Positions 13,406 to 26,184 of a DNA stretch of 64,000 nucleotides are shown here, in pieces. The number at the start of each line of letters is the position of its first letter. The stretch's first letter is position 1. Source of the stretch: Octopus vulgaris (lineage: Eukaryota). Both the position numbers and the translations under genes were made by a program. The notes under the pieces were generated by a model, which saw nothing but the letters and a program-made list of their open reading frames with translations, had not been told where the DNA came from and did no database searches. Location: contig OX597820.1 in the NCBI GenBank assembly GCA_951406725.2, positions 102,920,001 to 102,984,000 on the forward strand, written 5' to 3'.

Positions 13406-15359
13406 TTAAGAGACGCAACTCTGTCTGAACATGTCTTAGATAAAGCATAATGAGAAAATGTTTAAAATACTTGGAGTTTTACAAGGTTTAGGGTTAGGGT
13501 ATATATTTCGTCAACTTTATTAGTATCATTTAGTAGATAATCTTTTAATGTGAAGTGTGTTTGTCTGTGTTTTGTTTAGCCCAGAGTTGTATCTGATGTA
13601 GCAGACCCATCGCATAATTTTTTTTTCTTCCTGAAATATTATAAATCTGTGTCTTTCTTTTGATGAAATGGTGTGTTTTACGAGAGATTTGGCTGCTATT
13701 TGTAGTAGCTCAAGTTACCACAGACACCTGTGCGTGAGTGAGTGTGTGTGTGAGTGTGTGTATTTGTGTGTGTTTTGTTGTGGGGAAAAAAACTTTTTCT
13801 CAGAATATTTTGCACAATAATTTTTCAAGAAATCTGGATAGCTTTCTTACTACCAACCATTCAACTTCAAATTACAATTGTTAATTGTTGGAAGTCAAGT
13901 AGACTGAGATGTATATGTACTGTCTTGTTGTTAGTAATCCATTATTTTTAATTTGAAGACATTAAGTCTTTAAGCATTATCTTACTGGGTTTAGTCTTTC
14001 GACTGTCGCCATAATGGGGTGTCACCTTCAAAAATTTAATTGATCATACTCACCTCAGTCCGTATTTCAATCTGGCATTTATTTTATAGATATCTATTTG
14101 ATGAACTATTAAATTTGAAACATAATGGGACACAATACTCGATTTAACAACAAATGTAGACACACACAGACATATATTAGGTGCAAGAATGACTATGTGG
14201 TTGAGAATTTTGCTTCCCAATCACATGGTTCTACGTTCAGACCCTCTTCATGGTACTTTGAGCAAGTGTTTTCTGCTATAGCTCTGGGTCAACCACAGAC
14301 TTGTGACTAAATTTTGCAGACCGAAACTGCAAAAATGACCGATAAACATGTTTATAAAAAAGACTTGCTTGCTTCATATTCCTCATGTGCCGATTCTGCC
14401 CATAAGAAAAGAACAAATATTACAATGTGGCTGTAACTAATAACACCCGGACAACGCCGAGATGCATTGTTAGTGTATAATAGAATCTAAAATATATTTG
14501 TTATTCCTAATTATGCTTATGCAGAATTAGTATGTCTACATTTAGGGTTATTTTTAAAATTAATTTTATGATCAGTAAGAATAATACAATATATATGTAG
14601 GGGATTCTATCGAAATCTAAGGTTATTTTCTTAGCTTTCGAATATGTTAGCTCTCGATTTTTGTATGTGTTATTATTATTTGAAATAATCCTATTAAATA
14701 GTTCCTTCTCATAACTATAGTTTTTTCTTACTGTCAGGTGTGGAAAAAGAGAGTTCTCTTGAATTTCATTAAAAAATCGAAATTTTTCTTTAAGGTACTC
14801 TAGAAATTGTTGTCAATCTTCCTGAATTTAATTCTTCTTTTTAAATTGAAGAGATCTGCATCAAACTATTCAAAGATTTTGATGGCTGGAGGATTTTTTC
14901 TGAATTTGGACCCTTATTTTCTGTTTATTTTGTTCTATTTTCGCATATCGAAGAAATATTCACATACTCTAATTCTTCGTATGAAGTTCTCTGTTTTACT
15001 TTTTTTTCCTACCCCATCCTTCTAGTAGGATTTCTTGAATTGAATTTTTGGTTGGAAAGTTCAGCGCAAACAGATTCATTTTCAGTTGCTGGTTTTATCC
15101 GACTACAAAAAGTATTCAACACCAGTTAGTGAAAAGATGTTGCTGAGATAGACAGGAAACGTTGATAAAGATGAATATGGGAACTTTATTTTCCAAACTA
15201 TAAGAGTCTGATACGCAAATACTAAAGAACTTCAATAAAAGTCATGTCTTCAATATATCATGTGTAAAACAGAAAACGTTGTCCCTCATGCACTCCACAC
15301 GCACGCGCACGCACACACACACACACACACATACACATACACACATATTATTGACCTCT

Positions 15360-15615
15360 TTACGTTCTGAGTTTGAATTCCGCGACGTTGACTTTGCCTT
15401 TCATCTTCTCGGGATGATAAAATAAATACCAGTTGAGCATTGGAGTCGATTTAATCGACTTATCCCCTCCACTTAAATTATTGACCTTATGCGAAAATTT
15501 GAAACCATCATTAAGTAGAACATTTTAAGGCGGCCATCTAGCAAAATTGTTAGCACTCGGGACAAAATTCTTAGCCTTATTTCGTTCGTCTTTATGATCT
15601 TAGTTCAAATTCCCC
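15360..15615 (+). mobile_element. SINE family B, partial tandem copies
   Basis: tacgttctgagtttgaattcc...gactttgcctttcatc...accagttgagcattggagtcgat, then a second head at about 15528. Confidence 0.65.
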
Positions 15616-15708
15616 CGATGTCCGTAATTGCTTTCGATGTCAGTAATTCCTCCGATGTCAGTAATTGTTTCGATGTTAGTAATTCCTCCGATGTCAGTAA
15701 TTGCTTCG
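15616..15708. repeat. Minisatellite, about 5 copies of a 17-18 bp unit
   Basis: cgatgtcagtaatt followed alternately by cctc or g(c)tt(t). Confidence 0.85.
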
Positions 15709-16647
15709 TTGTTTCTAAATTACTCCGGTAATATATTGACGAATATATAGCTATTATGTCCTTCTGTTACGTCCCTGCGTTACCAAATGTGTGTTTGCGT
15801 TTTATGAGTAAATTTCTTTAATGAAGATATATATTGGCTAATCTTCTTGTCATATTTTATGCATTAACCAAAAGAGGTTTATTAAAATGCTACCATTAAT
15901 GTTAGCAATATAATTTAAAGTCATTGCCATTTAAATCAATAATAATCCATTTTAAGTTTCTGTTCTTCTTATAGCTCACGTATCCTTATAGCTCACGTAT
16001 CCTTCAGGTTTCAGTAGCATGAATAATAGATTATATATAATCTATCTTTATAGAAAAAAATCTTAAAAGAAACTGAAAAGGATATCTGTTGGCAAGATAT
16101 ATTTCAGATATTTTATCACGTCGAATATAATCTCCATTCTTTCTCTGCGTAGTTCCCAAATAGTCGGACGAGATTTACTCTAGTCTTTCAATGACAACTA
16201 TTGTCATTCTTCCTGTTTGAGTAAGGTTTTGTGTTTGTTGATAGAATCCATTTATCGTAGTTTAAGATAATAATATATTTTTTATATTTTATCTTAGCAG
16301 ACAATTACCGCTGCTTCCACAGTTCCTAGATGTTGTTTCACTTCCGTTACAAGTTTTGTTAATTAGAAGTTGTTCAATGCATCTACAATCTCTTTTTGTT
16401 CCAGCTGATTCTTTGTCTGTGATCGCATTATTGATTTTTCTCCGTTTTATAGAAATATAGGCATCAGTTGCTTGAGTAGAATGTCTGCATTGTATTTTCG
16501 CATACATTTAGTTAATAGTTATCATTTATGGAACTTCGTTGGTTTTAACGAATTTAGGTACTCAATTCATGTCTTGTAGTCAACGTTGACTGTAAAAGTA
16601 TTCATTGTAAAACGTTGCACTCAAATATACATGCATGTACAAATACA

Positions 16648-16708
<61 letters not shown>

Positions 16709-18404
16709 TGTGTACATGCGTGTGTACGTGCGGGCGTGTGTGTGAGGAAAGACGACAAAGTTTCCGGTACTTGAGCCTTGGCTATACCCTAAGATTCGAA
16801 AAGGGAGCGGTAAATAAGAAGATGGTGATGGGGGTGAACGAAAATCCCGCTGAGAGAACCTATGCGCAGAGAATGAGCGAATATAAAAATAGAAGGGAAG
16901 AGGACGCAAAGGTGCAAAATGGAGGCAGAAGAAGCTACTATCATGTCGTGGAAATTTTTCCATTACGTTCTCCTGCTCTTGTGCTTGCAATATATTGTTA
17001 AATATCCTGTCTCATATAGCGGGTCGCCACTTTGTTCCTTTCCTGATTCGCACCACTGTCGCCCTGTTCCGCAGTATATATTTATTCACTCTACTTATCC
17101 CTGGATTCACTCAACAAGACTTTGGTTAAGTCTGCCAATAGCTTTTTACCCTTTGCAAACTCTTTTCAACTTCGAATAAAAGCTTGATGATAGAAATTTT
17201 ATCTTTTTTTTTATTTTGGCCTACGACATGCTCCCTTAGCTGCTTGATTTTCTCTAGTCTATCACCTACGTGTCCACCTAAGGGATGTATTCCTACGAAC
17301 ACTGGGATGTATACATATATATATATATATATATATATCCGCCTTTAATATTTATAATTCTAACTTTTATGGTGCTTTATACTTGCTGGATAGTAATATT
17401 ATTTTTAATATTTATATTATCTCTTGTGTATATATATATAAAGTAACAAACTGAGGAAAATATAACCTTCAAAGGGATGTGTTAAACATCCAATTATCTG
17501 GTACTTCAGTTGGATACTATATGAATATTGGAACGAAAGATACAGTTTTGAATGCTTGCTTCTCAAAATGTAAACAAGTATGATTGCTTTACATACCACT
17601 AAGAATGCTTAAAATGTTTTGTATATAAATTGATATTCTGTTGCAGTCGCTACAATTATATTCCAACTGTAATTTTCTAACCAATTACAATAAATAACAT
17701 TCTAAGCACCAGGAGGAACGATTTTCAAATACTCATTTATAGTTGAAAGAGTAGTAAATATAATCTTTGCTGTCCAACCAGGCAGTTGGATAAGCACTGG
17801 AGTGTTGATTGATAACAAGCTTACTGCATCGGTATCATCTTGCTAACATATCCTGTGTTGAGTGACAATTTCATTATTCATCTCTTGGAAGACGAGAGAA
17901 ATCGATACTTGGTAATACACATGGGTATTAATCGTTTTTCGTTTTGTTATAGTTCAACGAATTGCAAGCCTGGACATTGGTATCGCCCTCCAGAAAAGCA
18001 AATTCACTTTCCGATGCCCAGCAAACTGTTACATATAATATCATTGAAGGCTGTTTGATGTTTCTCTCTCCTAGGATGCCGTCAAGATTATCTTTCGTTT
18101 TCAAGTTTAACAACTGTAAACATGTTTATTCAACGAGTACAATAGTGACTCCAATGATAAAGTGAGAGAGCTCATTGATGAACCAAAATTGACAATCATG
18201 AATTTGAAAACTCAATATTTCCATGTTCGGTTTGATACACCGATTTGGTGTGCAATCCGGTCTTGGCAATGAAGCTTAATAAAATATTTCTAGCTGTAAA
18301 ATTGCTTGTATTCAATTCAAACAATTCTTGGATCCTTTTCTTTTTCTATTATTTATTTCTCTGCTGTTTCCCGTTTTTAAATATTTTAATAATTATTCTT
18401 TTAT

Positions 18405-18605
18405 TCTTTTACTTATTTCAGTCATTTGACAGCGTCCATGCTGGAGCACCGCCTTTTAGTCGAACAGATCGACCCCTGGACTTATTCTTTGTAAGCCTAG
18501 TACTTATTCTATCAGTCTCTTTTGCCGAACTGCTGAGTTACGGGGACGTAAACACGCCAGCACCGGTTGTCAAGCGATGTTAGGGGGACAAACACTGAGA
18601 CACAA

Positions 18606-18673
<68 letters not shown>

Positions 18674-18827
18674 GACGTGCTTCTTTCAGTTTCCGTCTAC
18701 CAAATCCACTGACAAGGGTTTGGTCGGCCCGAGGCTATAGTAGAAAACATTTTTGCCCAAGGTGCCACGCAGTGGGACTGAACCCGGAATCATGTGGTTC
18801 GTAAGCAAGCTACTTACCACACAGCCA
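18405..18827 (-). mobile_element. Full-length tRNA-derived SINE family A with internal (CA)n(TA)n linker
   Basis: Minus-strand head GGCTGTGTGGTAAG...GGTTCAGTCCC. Multiple homologs in the window. Confidence 0.85.
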
Positions 18828-19066
18828 ATCAAAAAATTCAAAATTTTCATTAAAATTTCATAGAATTATATCAGTCGCCTGGTTGAGAACTTGGTTTTAA
18901 TAAAGTGCAAATTCTCGTTTAGTGTGACTCAGTTACGAAATCTTATAATCACAATTTTAAGGCGTTTGAATATATACTATATATATATTTCCGTCCAGGC
19001 CGACCCACACGTATCCCTGACCTTATAACACACACATATGCGCACAAACATAGAATATGCACACAC

Positions 19067-19164
<98 letters not shown>

Positions 19165-19414
19165 AACAATTAAGGATAACTTCTTAATAAGGAATCTTAA
19201 CAAGAAATTATCAGGTAGTTAGCGTGAAAAACCTCATAAGAGAAAAATTTCGAAAATAATTCTTTCTTATTGAACATATTAATTTATATATAGAGGGCAT
19301 TATTACACATACATGCCACACGCTAAGAGGGACATTAGTCATTTCTACCAAAAAATTTTACTAATCATACCCAATGCAATTTTTCCAAAGCTAGACATTT
19401 AAAAAAATGAATTT

Positions 19415-19476
19415 AGTCTTGTATCACCTGTGATTTCGTACTTATCGCAGTTTCGACCGTACTCATCAGTAAGACT
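19415..19476 (-). ncRNA. Type I hammerhead ribozyme (left-arm copy)
   Basis: Mirror of 19642-19703. One substitution creates an A-C mismatch in the core-proximal pair of stem I. Confidence 0.75.
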
Positions 19477-19641
19477 GATTCTGAACATATCATAAATAAA
19501 CGAACCTGTACCGTCAAAGCCGAACAGCTATCTGTTCGGATGTATTATATGTAAACTTCCCCATGTGCGTCGTTAGGGTTGAACAGATAGCTGTTCGGCT
19601 TTGACGGTACAGGTTCGTTTATTTATGATATGTTCAGAATC

Positions 19642-19703
19642 AGTCTTGCTGATGAGTACGGTCGAAACTGCGATAAGTACGAAATCACAGGTGATACAAG
19701 ACT
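19642..19703 (+). ncRNA. Type I hammerhead ribozyme, intact core
   Basis: Stem I agtcttg/caagact; CTGATGA; stem II gtac/gtac; GAAA; stem III tcac-ag-gtga; U-A. Predicted cleavage after A19696. Confidence 0.88.
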
Positions 19704-19825
19704 AAATTCATTTTTTTAAATGTCTAGCTTTGGAAAAATTGCATTGGGTATGATTAGTAAAATTTTTTGGTAGAAATGACTAATGTCCCGCTTAGCGTGT
19801 GGCATGTATGTGTAATAATGCCCTC

Positions 19826-19869
<44 letters not shown>

Positions 19870-19880
<11 letters not shown>

Positions 19881-20245
19881 GGCAGTTTGTCTGTGCGTGT
19901 TTCTGTGTGTCTGTTTGCTTGTACCCTCACCCTGACCACGGCTTTCAACCGATTCTGATGAAACTTGACACACACATAGCCCAATGTCATAATTCAAAAC
20001 TAACGCAGCGAAAATTTTGAAAAGTTCCCCCAGTTCTGAAAAAAATCGATAAATTCGACATGGGGTCGAGAATCAGGAACACAAACCACAAACTGTGTCG
20101 GGGACGCAACTCCACCTTTTTTAACTATCAAAAAAAAATTTACCATCATTTTTTTCCATTTTTTTGCTATTTTTTGGCTATAACTCTAAAAATGCTTTAT
20201 AGTTATTTCCCTTACAAACCTGAGCAACGCCGGGCGATACTGCTA

Positions 20246-20246
<1 letters not shown>
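19870..20246 (+). mobile_element. Non-autonomous Helitron-like element
   Basis: The 5' end has tatataaa, gtctgt repeats and aaccgattctgatgaaactt. The 3' end has a GC hairpin (cctgagcaacgccggg) then CTAG|T, the same 3' end as at 58621-58648. Confidence 0.7.
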
Positions 20247-20286
<40 letters not shown>

Positions 20287-20289
20287 CAT

Positions 20290-20520
20290 AAATTAACAGA
20301 ATGAGATAAAAATTCAAGGCTGTAAAAGATTTCAGAACATTTACAAAGAGAAGGTCTTACTGCTGCTTCCGGGATATTTTATAAATTCTTCATCGGAGAC
20401 GGTGGGAGAAGATGGTTAAGCAATTGTTATTCTAGAGAAGATATGAAATAGAGAATGAAGTGGAAGAATGAAAACAGACGTGAGATATGCAGGGATATTG
20501 TAACTGCAGTTCCATTATTT
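20290..20520 (-). mobile_element. PLE pLTR remnant homologous to 1795-2000, with HHR-like motif at 20354-20400
   Basis: Reverse complement reads caatatccctgcatatctcac...gtctCCGATGAag...atatcccgGAAGcagcagTAagac. Confidence 0.65.
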
Positions 20521-21365
20521 AAGCAGAATGATATACGTTTCCTGTACCTTGTGTGTAGGTTCCAATAGTATATAAAATTGGTCATTCCATGCATAAAGTT
20601 TGTAAATCGTGTTATTGGATGGAGGGATTTTTTGACTTGAAAAATATATGTGACTTTGGTATTGTAGACGGCTGAGCTAAATATACATGACTTGCCTGGT
20701 GGGTAAATGTCTGGGTTCCTGAAGTTGACGTTTGGAGTGTCTTGTGTGGCTTACGTGAAAAGAAACTATTCAGAGTAGGGCTGCAGCTGTAAAAAACGTA
20801 CACGAAACACCTATTGAAGACTTATTTTTATGGTTATCAGGTAACTATTTATCTACATGTTTCCTAACAGTCAAAAGAGAGAGGGAAGGGTGAACCATAT
20901 AAAGTTTCCTAGGTTTAATTTTAGTCATGATTCTTGTTTGTTTCAGATAGTACTCTCTATCTTCTATCGGTCATTGGCTATGAGAGTGGTGGTAAAGGTA
21001 GTGGGGGGGGGGCTAATATTATAAATTGGATCTCTGACCTCTTTTCCTCCAAAACAGATTTTAAGTCGGCTCTCTTAATGTAGCGCAATTTTTATCCCTC
21101 TTTTCTATTCCTCTTTTACTTTCGTTTTTCTCATGATATGTTCACATTTTCCTTGCATTTCCTCACTGAGTAGCCATGTTATTTGATCTGGACTATTATT
21201 GAATCGTGTAGAGTAGGCATAGCAAGTCCAATTACTGCACCCTCTGAACATAGAACTCACATATAATTCCTTCATTCGTTAAAGGAATATATATATGTGT
21301 GTGTGTATTTACCTGTGTATGTATGTATGTATGTATGTATGTACGTACGTATGTATATATATACA

Positions 21366-21596
21366 AGGCGGCGAGCTGGCAGAAACGTTAGCACGCCGGG
21401 CGAAATGCGTAGCCGTATTTCGTCTGTCGTTACGTTCTGAGTTCAAATTCCGCCGAGATCGACTTTGCCTTTCATCCTTTCGGGGTCGATAAATCAAGTA
21501 CCAGTTACGCACTGGGGTCGATGTAATCGACTAAATCCCTTTGTCTGTCCTTGTTTGTCCCCTCTGTGTTTAGCCCCTTGTGGGTAGTAAAGAAAT
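21366..21596 (+). mobile_element. SINE family B, well-preserved copy
   Basis: Head ggcggcgagctggcagaa.cgttagc with B-box-like GAGTTCAAATTCC. The central gcctttcatcctttcggggtcgataaa..agtacc resembles conserved metazoan SINE central domains (from recall, unverified). Confidence 0.8.
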
Positions 21597-21639
21597 ATAT
21601 ATATATGTATAGAATGTTTGAAGTGGTGTACAGATATTG

Positions 21640-21845
21640 TATATTGAGAAAATGGAGGCAGTCAGAATGTTGGATAATTCTTTATTAGCGCTTTCGTTCG
21701 TTTATTGAACTCGTCAAGACGAAATCAAAGTGGTAAAAACAGAAAGTTTCGTTGTTCATTTACATGAATCGGATGCTTTTTTGATTTGTTTAGAAGAGGA
21801 GTATATTGTTTTAGTTGTTTTGGAAAAAGGGAAAGAGAGAGAAAT
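21640..21845 (-). mobile_element. Inverted pLTR at the 5' end of the 21850-24665 Penelope
   Basis: The reverse complement aligns with 26340-26555 (ctaaacaaa.caaaaaagca.ccgattcat.taaatga.caa...gtcttgacgag...aaacgaacgaaagcgcta). Confidence 0.7.
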
Positions 21846-21849
21846 ATCC

Positions 21850-24665
21850 ATTATGAAAGCGAAACTACAACAAAAAATGCAAGGAAATGAAAAACAAACA
21901 TAGACACCGAACCCAGATGAACCAAACTAAGGTATCAATCACTAGTTATCCAAGAACATATGAGGAGACGACCTCCAGCTCACCCCAACTGCTGACTAGA
22001 AACCCATATTCTGCAATACAAAAACACAATACTGCAATAAACAAACTCATGGAATATAGAAGACAATCATCAACCCATAATATCAAACACCCAAGATGGA
22101 TGAATACACGGGGAAAAAATAGAAAAGACAAGAAACATGCAGACAACCACTAACCCATAATACCAAGTAACCTAGATGGATAAATACATGGAAAGAAATA
22201 CAAGTAATATACAGACAATACAGAAACCATAATATGAATAATCATCATGGAAACTCAAGAATCTCACGATTCCCTACCAACAATCCCATACATCGTGAGT
22301 GGCTCAACAAGCATAAAAGATGGGAAGAAGACAGAAGTTATAGACAACAAAGTACGTATAAAGAACATGAACCATCCCCTCATCTACGAGAGAACTAGAA
22401 CCTGAAAACAGCAAAAAAATGGAAACACAATAATACAATATCCTTTTTAGGGAGAAAATATCCGGTGCAAGAGGAAATTTTAATGAGCACACAGAACACA
22501 TAAACCCGAAGGTCATAAATTTGTCAAATAGAAACCTCAACAAGAATGAGATGAATCTCCTATTGAAATGTTTCAAATTTACCCCGACGCCAACCCCTAA
22601 TCTCATTGAACTAAACGCTGATATTGAGCATTTTAACCGCCACCTCCGGATTATTGAATTCTTTGGCAATAAGGATATAAATGAGGAATCAATTGCCAGA
22701 GATAAAACCCACTTCACCCGCTTGAAAGGGAATAGACACAATTTCGAAATTTCCCCTAAGTACCCGAAAATACAAACAAAACCTTCGTGAAGAAGAAATG
22801 GAAGCCTTACTAATACTGAAGAATGACAATTCAATCCTCCTAAAAGAAGCCGATACGGGAGAGGCGATAGTAATCATGGACAAAGACTACTATAAAGATA
22901 AAATATTGGAAATTGTACCAGACAAAACCTACTACAACAAAGAACCAAAACAGCCGGAAGAAGCAATAATGGATAAAATCAAAACACTAATTAAAGATTA
23001 CTTCACAGACAAGGAGAAAGATTATTTATGCAACTCTGTAATCAAACGGAGCAATTTCTACGGATTACCCCAAATCCTCAAAAGCCCCTAATTCCAGAAA
23101 GCCATAAATGAACAGAGGAACTAATACATAGAAATACTAAGACCTACTGGCCTCAAACTGAGACCAACAGTTGCTGGACCTCAAGCACCAACACGACACC
23201 TGAGTCATTTCTTGGACATACTCCTAAAATCTTTATGTTCATTAATACCCAACTATATACGGGACGGCATAGATTTCCTCTAGCACATTCCATCCACTCT
23301 CCCAGAAGGTACTATACTTACAAGCTTTCATGTCACCAATCTCTGTACTATTATACCTCGCACTTTGGGCCTGGAAACAAACACTGAGTAGAGAAACATA
23401 GAGGACGGATATATGAACGCTTCAAAACTGATTTCATCACCAAAGCCACACGCCTGGTACTAGAAGAAAACACCTTTAGATTCGATAATAATACATATCG
23501 GGATGCGGTTTGTACCCTCCTCTGCTAACCTAGTCATGGGATTCTTGGAAGAAAAGCTTTATGAGGAAGTAGAAAGAGCTTTTAATCAGAATTGCTAGAA
23601 ATACATAATAAAAAGTGGAAACGCTTCTTCGATGACTACTTCATCTTTTGGGACAGATCAAATGAGGACCTACAAATATTTATTAATATCCTCAAAACAC
23701 TTCACCCATCGATCAAATTCACGACAGAATCCAGTTGCAATGAATTACCGTTCCTGAATATTCACATAAAAAATACACAACTTCACAGTCACAACAGACA
23801 TATTTTACAAAAAAAAAACGGACACGCACCAATATTCTACTCTTGCCATCGAAAGGAACATCCCGTACAGCATGGCAAAACGTATCTGTACTATAATGAT
23901 TGATCCCAAAATACGTCAAATCCGACTCAACAAACTCAAAGACTTCCTAACTAGGCAGAAATACCTCTTAGAATTAATAAACGAAGGAATTAAAAAGGTG
24001 ATGAAGCTGAGCATCACACAGCTAAGGATACCAATGGAAAACAATTAATGAACATACGATTCCATTTAGTAATATGCACAATCCTGGGGTAGCCAACATC
24101 TTTCCCACCGTAAAATCAAACCTACCTATACTTCTACAAAGCCCCAAAATTAAAGATCTGATTGATAAAAAAAAAACCCTTACGAAACAGTAGACTCGAA
24201 CCATAAAATCTCGAAAAACATCTCACAAGAGGAAAATTCACATCAGAAAATGAATCAGAATTCTCCGTAAAAGAATATGGAAATAGCAGACGTGGAACTT
24301 GCAACAACAACAACTTTAAATACTTAGAAAGTAGTTCTCACATAAAATTCAAGGGCGGATTCTCCTTCAAAGCGAGTGCAGATGTGAACTGCAAGACGCA
24401 GAATCTCATATACTGCATTACTTGCTCCAACTGCAAGGAACATTACATTTGCGAAACAAACAATTCCCTCTGCCAACGCGTAAGAATCCACAGACAACAG
24501 ATCCAACAAGAGGAATTGCGCAAAATTCCACTGAGCAATCATCTAGAAATATGCGGTGAAGTAAAATTCAAAATCTTTCCCTTTTACAAATGTTCAAGAA
24601 ATGATACAGAATTCTGAAAAGCAATGGAGCTACACTTCATCAAAAATTTCTTTCGAAGATTAAGT
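21850..24665 (+). pseudogene. Decayed Penelope-like retroelement ORF (RT + GIY-YIG), many stops and frameshifts
   Basis: Colinear motifs: NLSNRNL..E..LL.K.FKFTPTP; KEADTG.AIVIMD; FYGLPQILK; RFFDDYFIFW; HPSIKFT.E...LPFLNI; CKTQNLIYCITCSNCKEHYICET...RVRIH. Confidence 0.92.
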
Positions 24666-24823
24666 GTTTGAAAGAGAAGCAGAGGAAATACATTTTAATT
24701 ATTATTTTTTAACGTTAATGATAATGAAGAGAAAACATTTATATTGTACTATTACTCTTACATCTGAATTTGGCTCCAATGTTAATAACGTGATACTTAT
24801 CTCTATAAATGATCACATATATA

Positions 24824-24885
<62 letters not shown>

Positions 24886-25598
24886 GGATTTTGACAACTG
24901 TTGTTCTTATAGAACTTACAAATACCCAAGAAAGAACACAAGAACGATTTTATTACTGATTGGGAAAGATATCTGATATATCTAGTTGGCAAAGTAATTT
25001 GTGAAAAAATTCTCTTTTGAATTATCTTATCCAACCAAGCAAGAAAAAGAAAAGTAAATCCTACAAAAGGATGAAAGATACTCAAAAATGTATTTAAGCA
25101 GGCCTTGCTTTATTATATAACTTATATCCTACAGAGTGGCTTCCAGTTAGATATACAATATACATACAAAACTCATTTATGATGTTTGATTAAATGTATA
25201 TATATGTAGATTGATTTATAAACAGTACCAACTCATTTCTTTTATATTCTGACTTTATTTTCCAAATTTATGAATATTATACAAAAATGTAATGCTTGTT
25301 CTTGCAAAACATGGAATTACACAGAATATGCGACTTGATTATGCAAGCGGAAAAAAATAGACATTTTCATAGGATTTTGAACTTTGAACTCTTTTTATTT
25401 TTCAGTGATGATCGTACCCTCCCCTCTTTTCTTATTTTTCCATTCTACTTCCTAAAATTGACATCTTGAAAGGTCACTAACCCTTGTGAGAAAATGTGTT
25501 TATTTACAAATATGTTGATAGGTATACAATGGGAAGAAAAATGCTTTGTAATGAAATTTGAATGAATTGACATCAAGTTGAAAAGAACCCTCCCTCTA

Positions 25599-25673
<75 letters not shown>

Positions 25674-25796
25674 TTAGAGTTAGGTACTAAAAATTCCGGG
25701 TGAGTACTTGATAACTGTAAGCACCTGTATATGCCAGTTAGTGGTGTAGGTGATAGGGTATATTTATCAAAAGAAAAACAGGATGCAAAGGAATTA

Positions 25797-25883
25797 GCGG
25801 TACATATGTTTCTGGCTTTATTGGACAGTTTATATCAATGCATAATTGATGTGACATGTATGTCAATAGCCTTCTTCAGCCGC
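25797..25883 (-). ncRNA. Type I hammerhead ribozyme (left-arm copy)
   Basis: Exact mirror of 26098-26184. Confidence 0.8.
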
Positions 25884-26097
25884 GCACAATTACCACACCA
25901 AAGATATGTATTACATTATAGCAGGTTTGAGAAGTTTGGGAAAAAAACGAGTTTCGTTGGGGATGCAAATCCTCATAGTCGTATATAGCAAAGCGAGACA
26001 CCAAAACAAAACGTCCATCCCCAACGAAACTCGTTTTTTTCTCAAACTTCTCAAACCTGCTATAATGTAATACATATCTTTGGTGTGGTAATTGTGC

Positions 26098-26184
26098 GCG
26101 GCTGAAGAAGGCTATTGACATACATGTTACATCAATTATGCATTGATATAAACTGTCCAATAAAGCCAGAAACATATGTACCGC
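26098..26184 (+). ncRNA. Type I hammerhead ribozyme with palindromic stem III
   Basis: gcgg-CTGAAGA-a-ggct.att.gaca..tgtc.aat..agcc-a-GAAA-catatg-TA-ccgc. Predicted GUA cleavage after 26180. Confidence 0.8.

Larger units (their letters stand above)
19170..19836. mobile_element. Fold-back PLE pLTR cassette: 256-bp inverted arms (19282-19537 / 19581-19836), 43-bp spacer, one HHR per arm
   Basis: Arms are reverse complements with only 2 mismatches seen. The left side continues into an unpaired tail to about 19170. Flanked by (TA)n. Confidence 0.85.

Noticed and set aside
13485-13500. TTAGGG repeats (also one in the 19538-19580 spacer)
   Set aside because: Only 1-2 units, too short to call telomeric.
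14445-14475. Helitron-like 3' end (cccggacaacgccgag...gttagt)
   Set aside because: Degenerate, and no matching 5' end could be placed.
15616-15708. Short repeats superficially like a CRISPR array (also 60540-60605 and 59797-59850)
   Set aside because: No unique spacers, no cas genes and a eukaryotic context. These are simple minisatellites.
16740-17200. Possible decayed minus-strand PLE 3' end with GIY-YIG and HHR traces
   Set aside because: Motifs are recoverable only with several assumed mutations.
19955-19970. CTGATGAAA motif
   Set aside because: It is part of the Helitron-like ccgatt.tgatgaaa motif and has no HHR stems.
25731-26175. Two opposite-strand ORFs encoding the same peptide (MFLALLDSLY...)
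   Set aside because: This is a by-product of the inverted repeat, read antisense to the HHR. No protein motif is recognisable.
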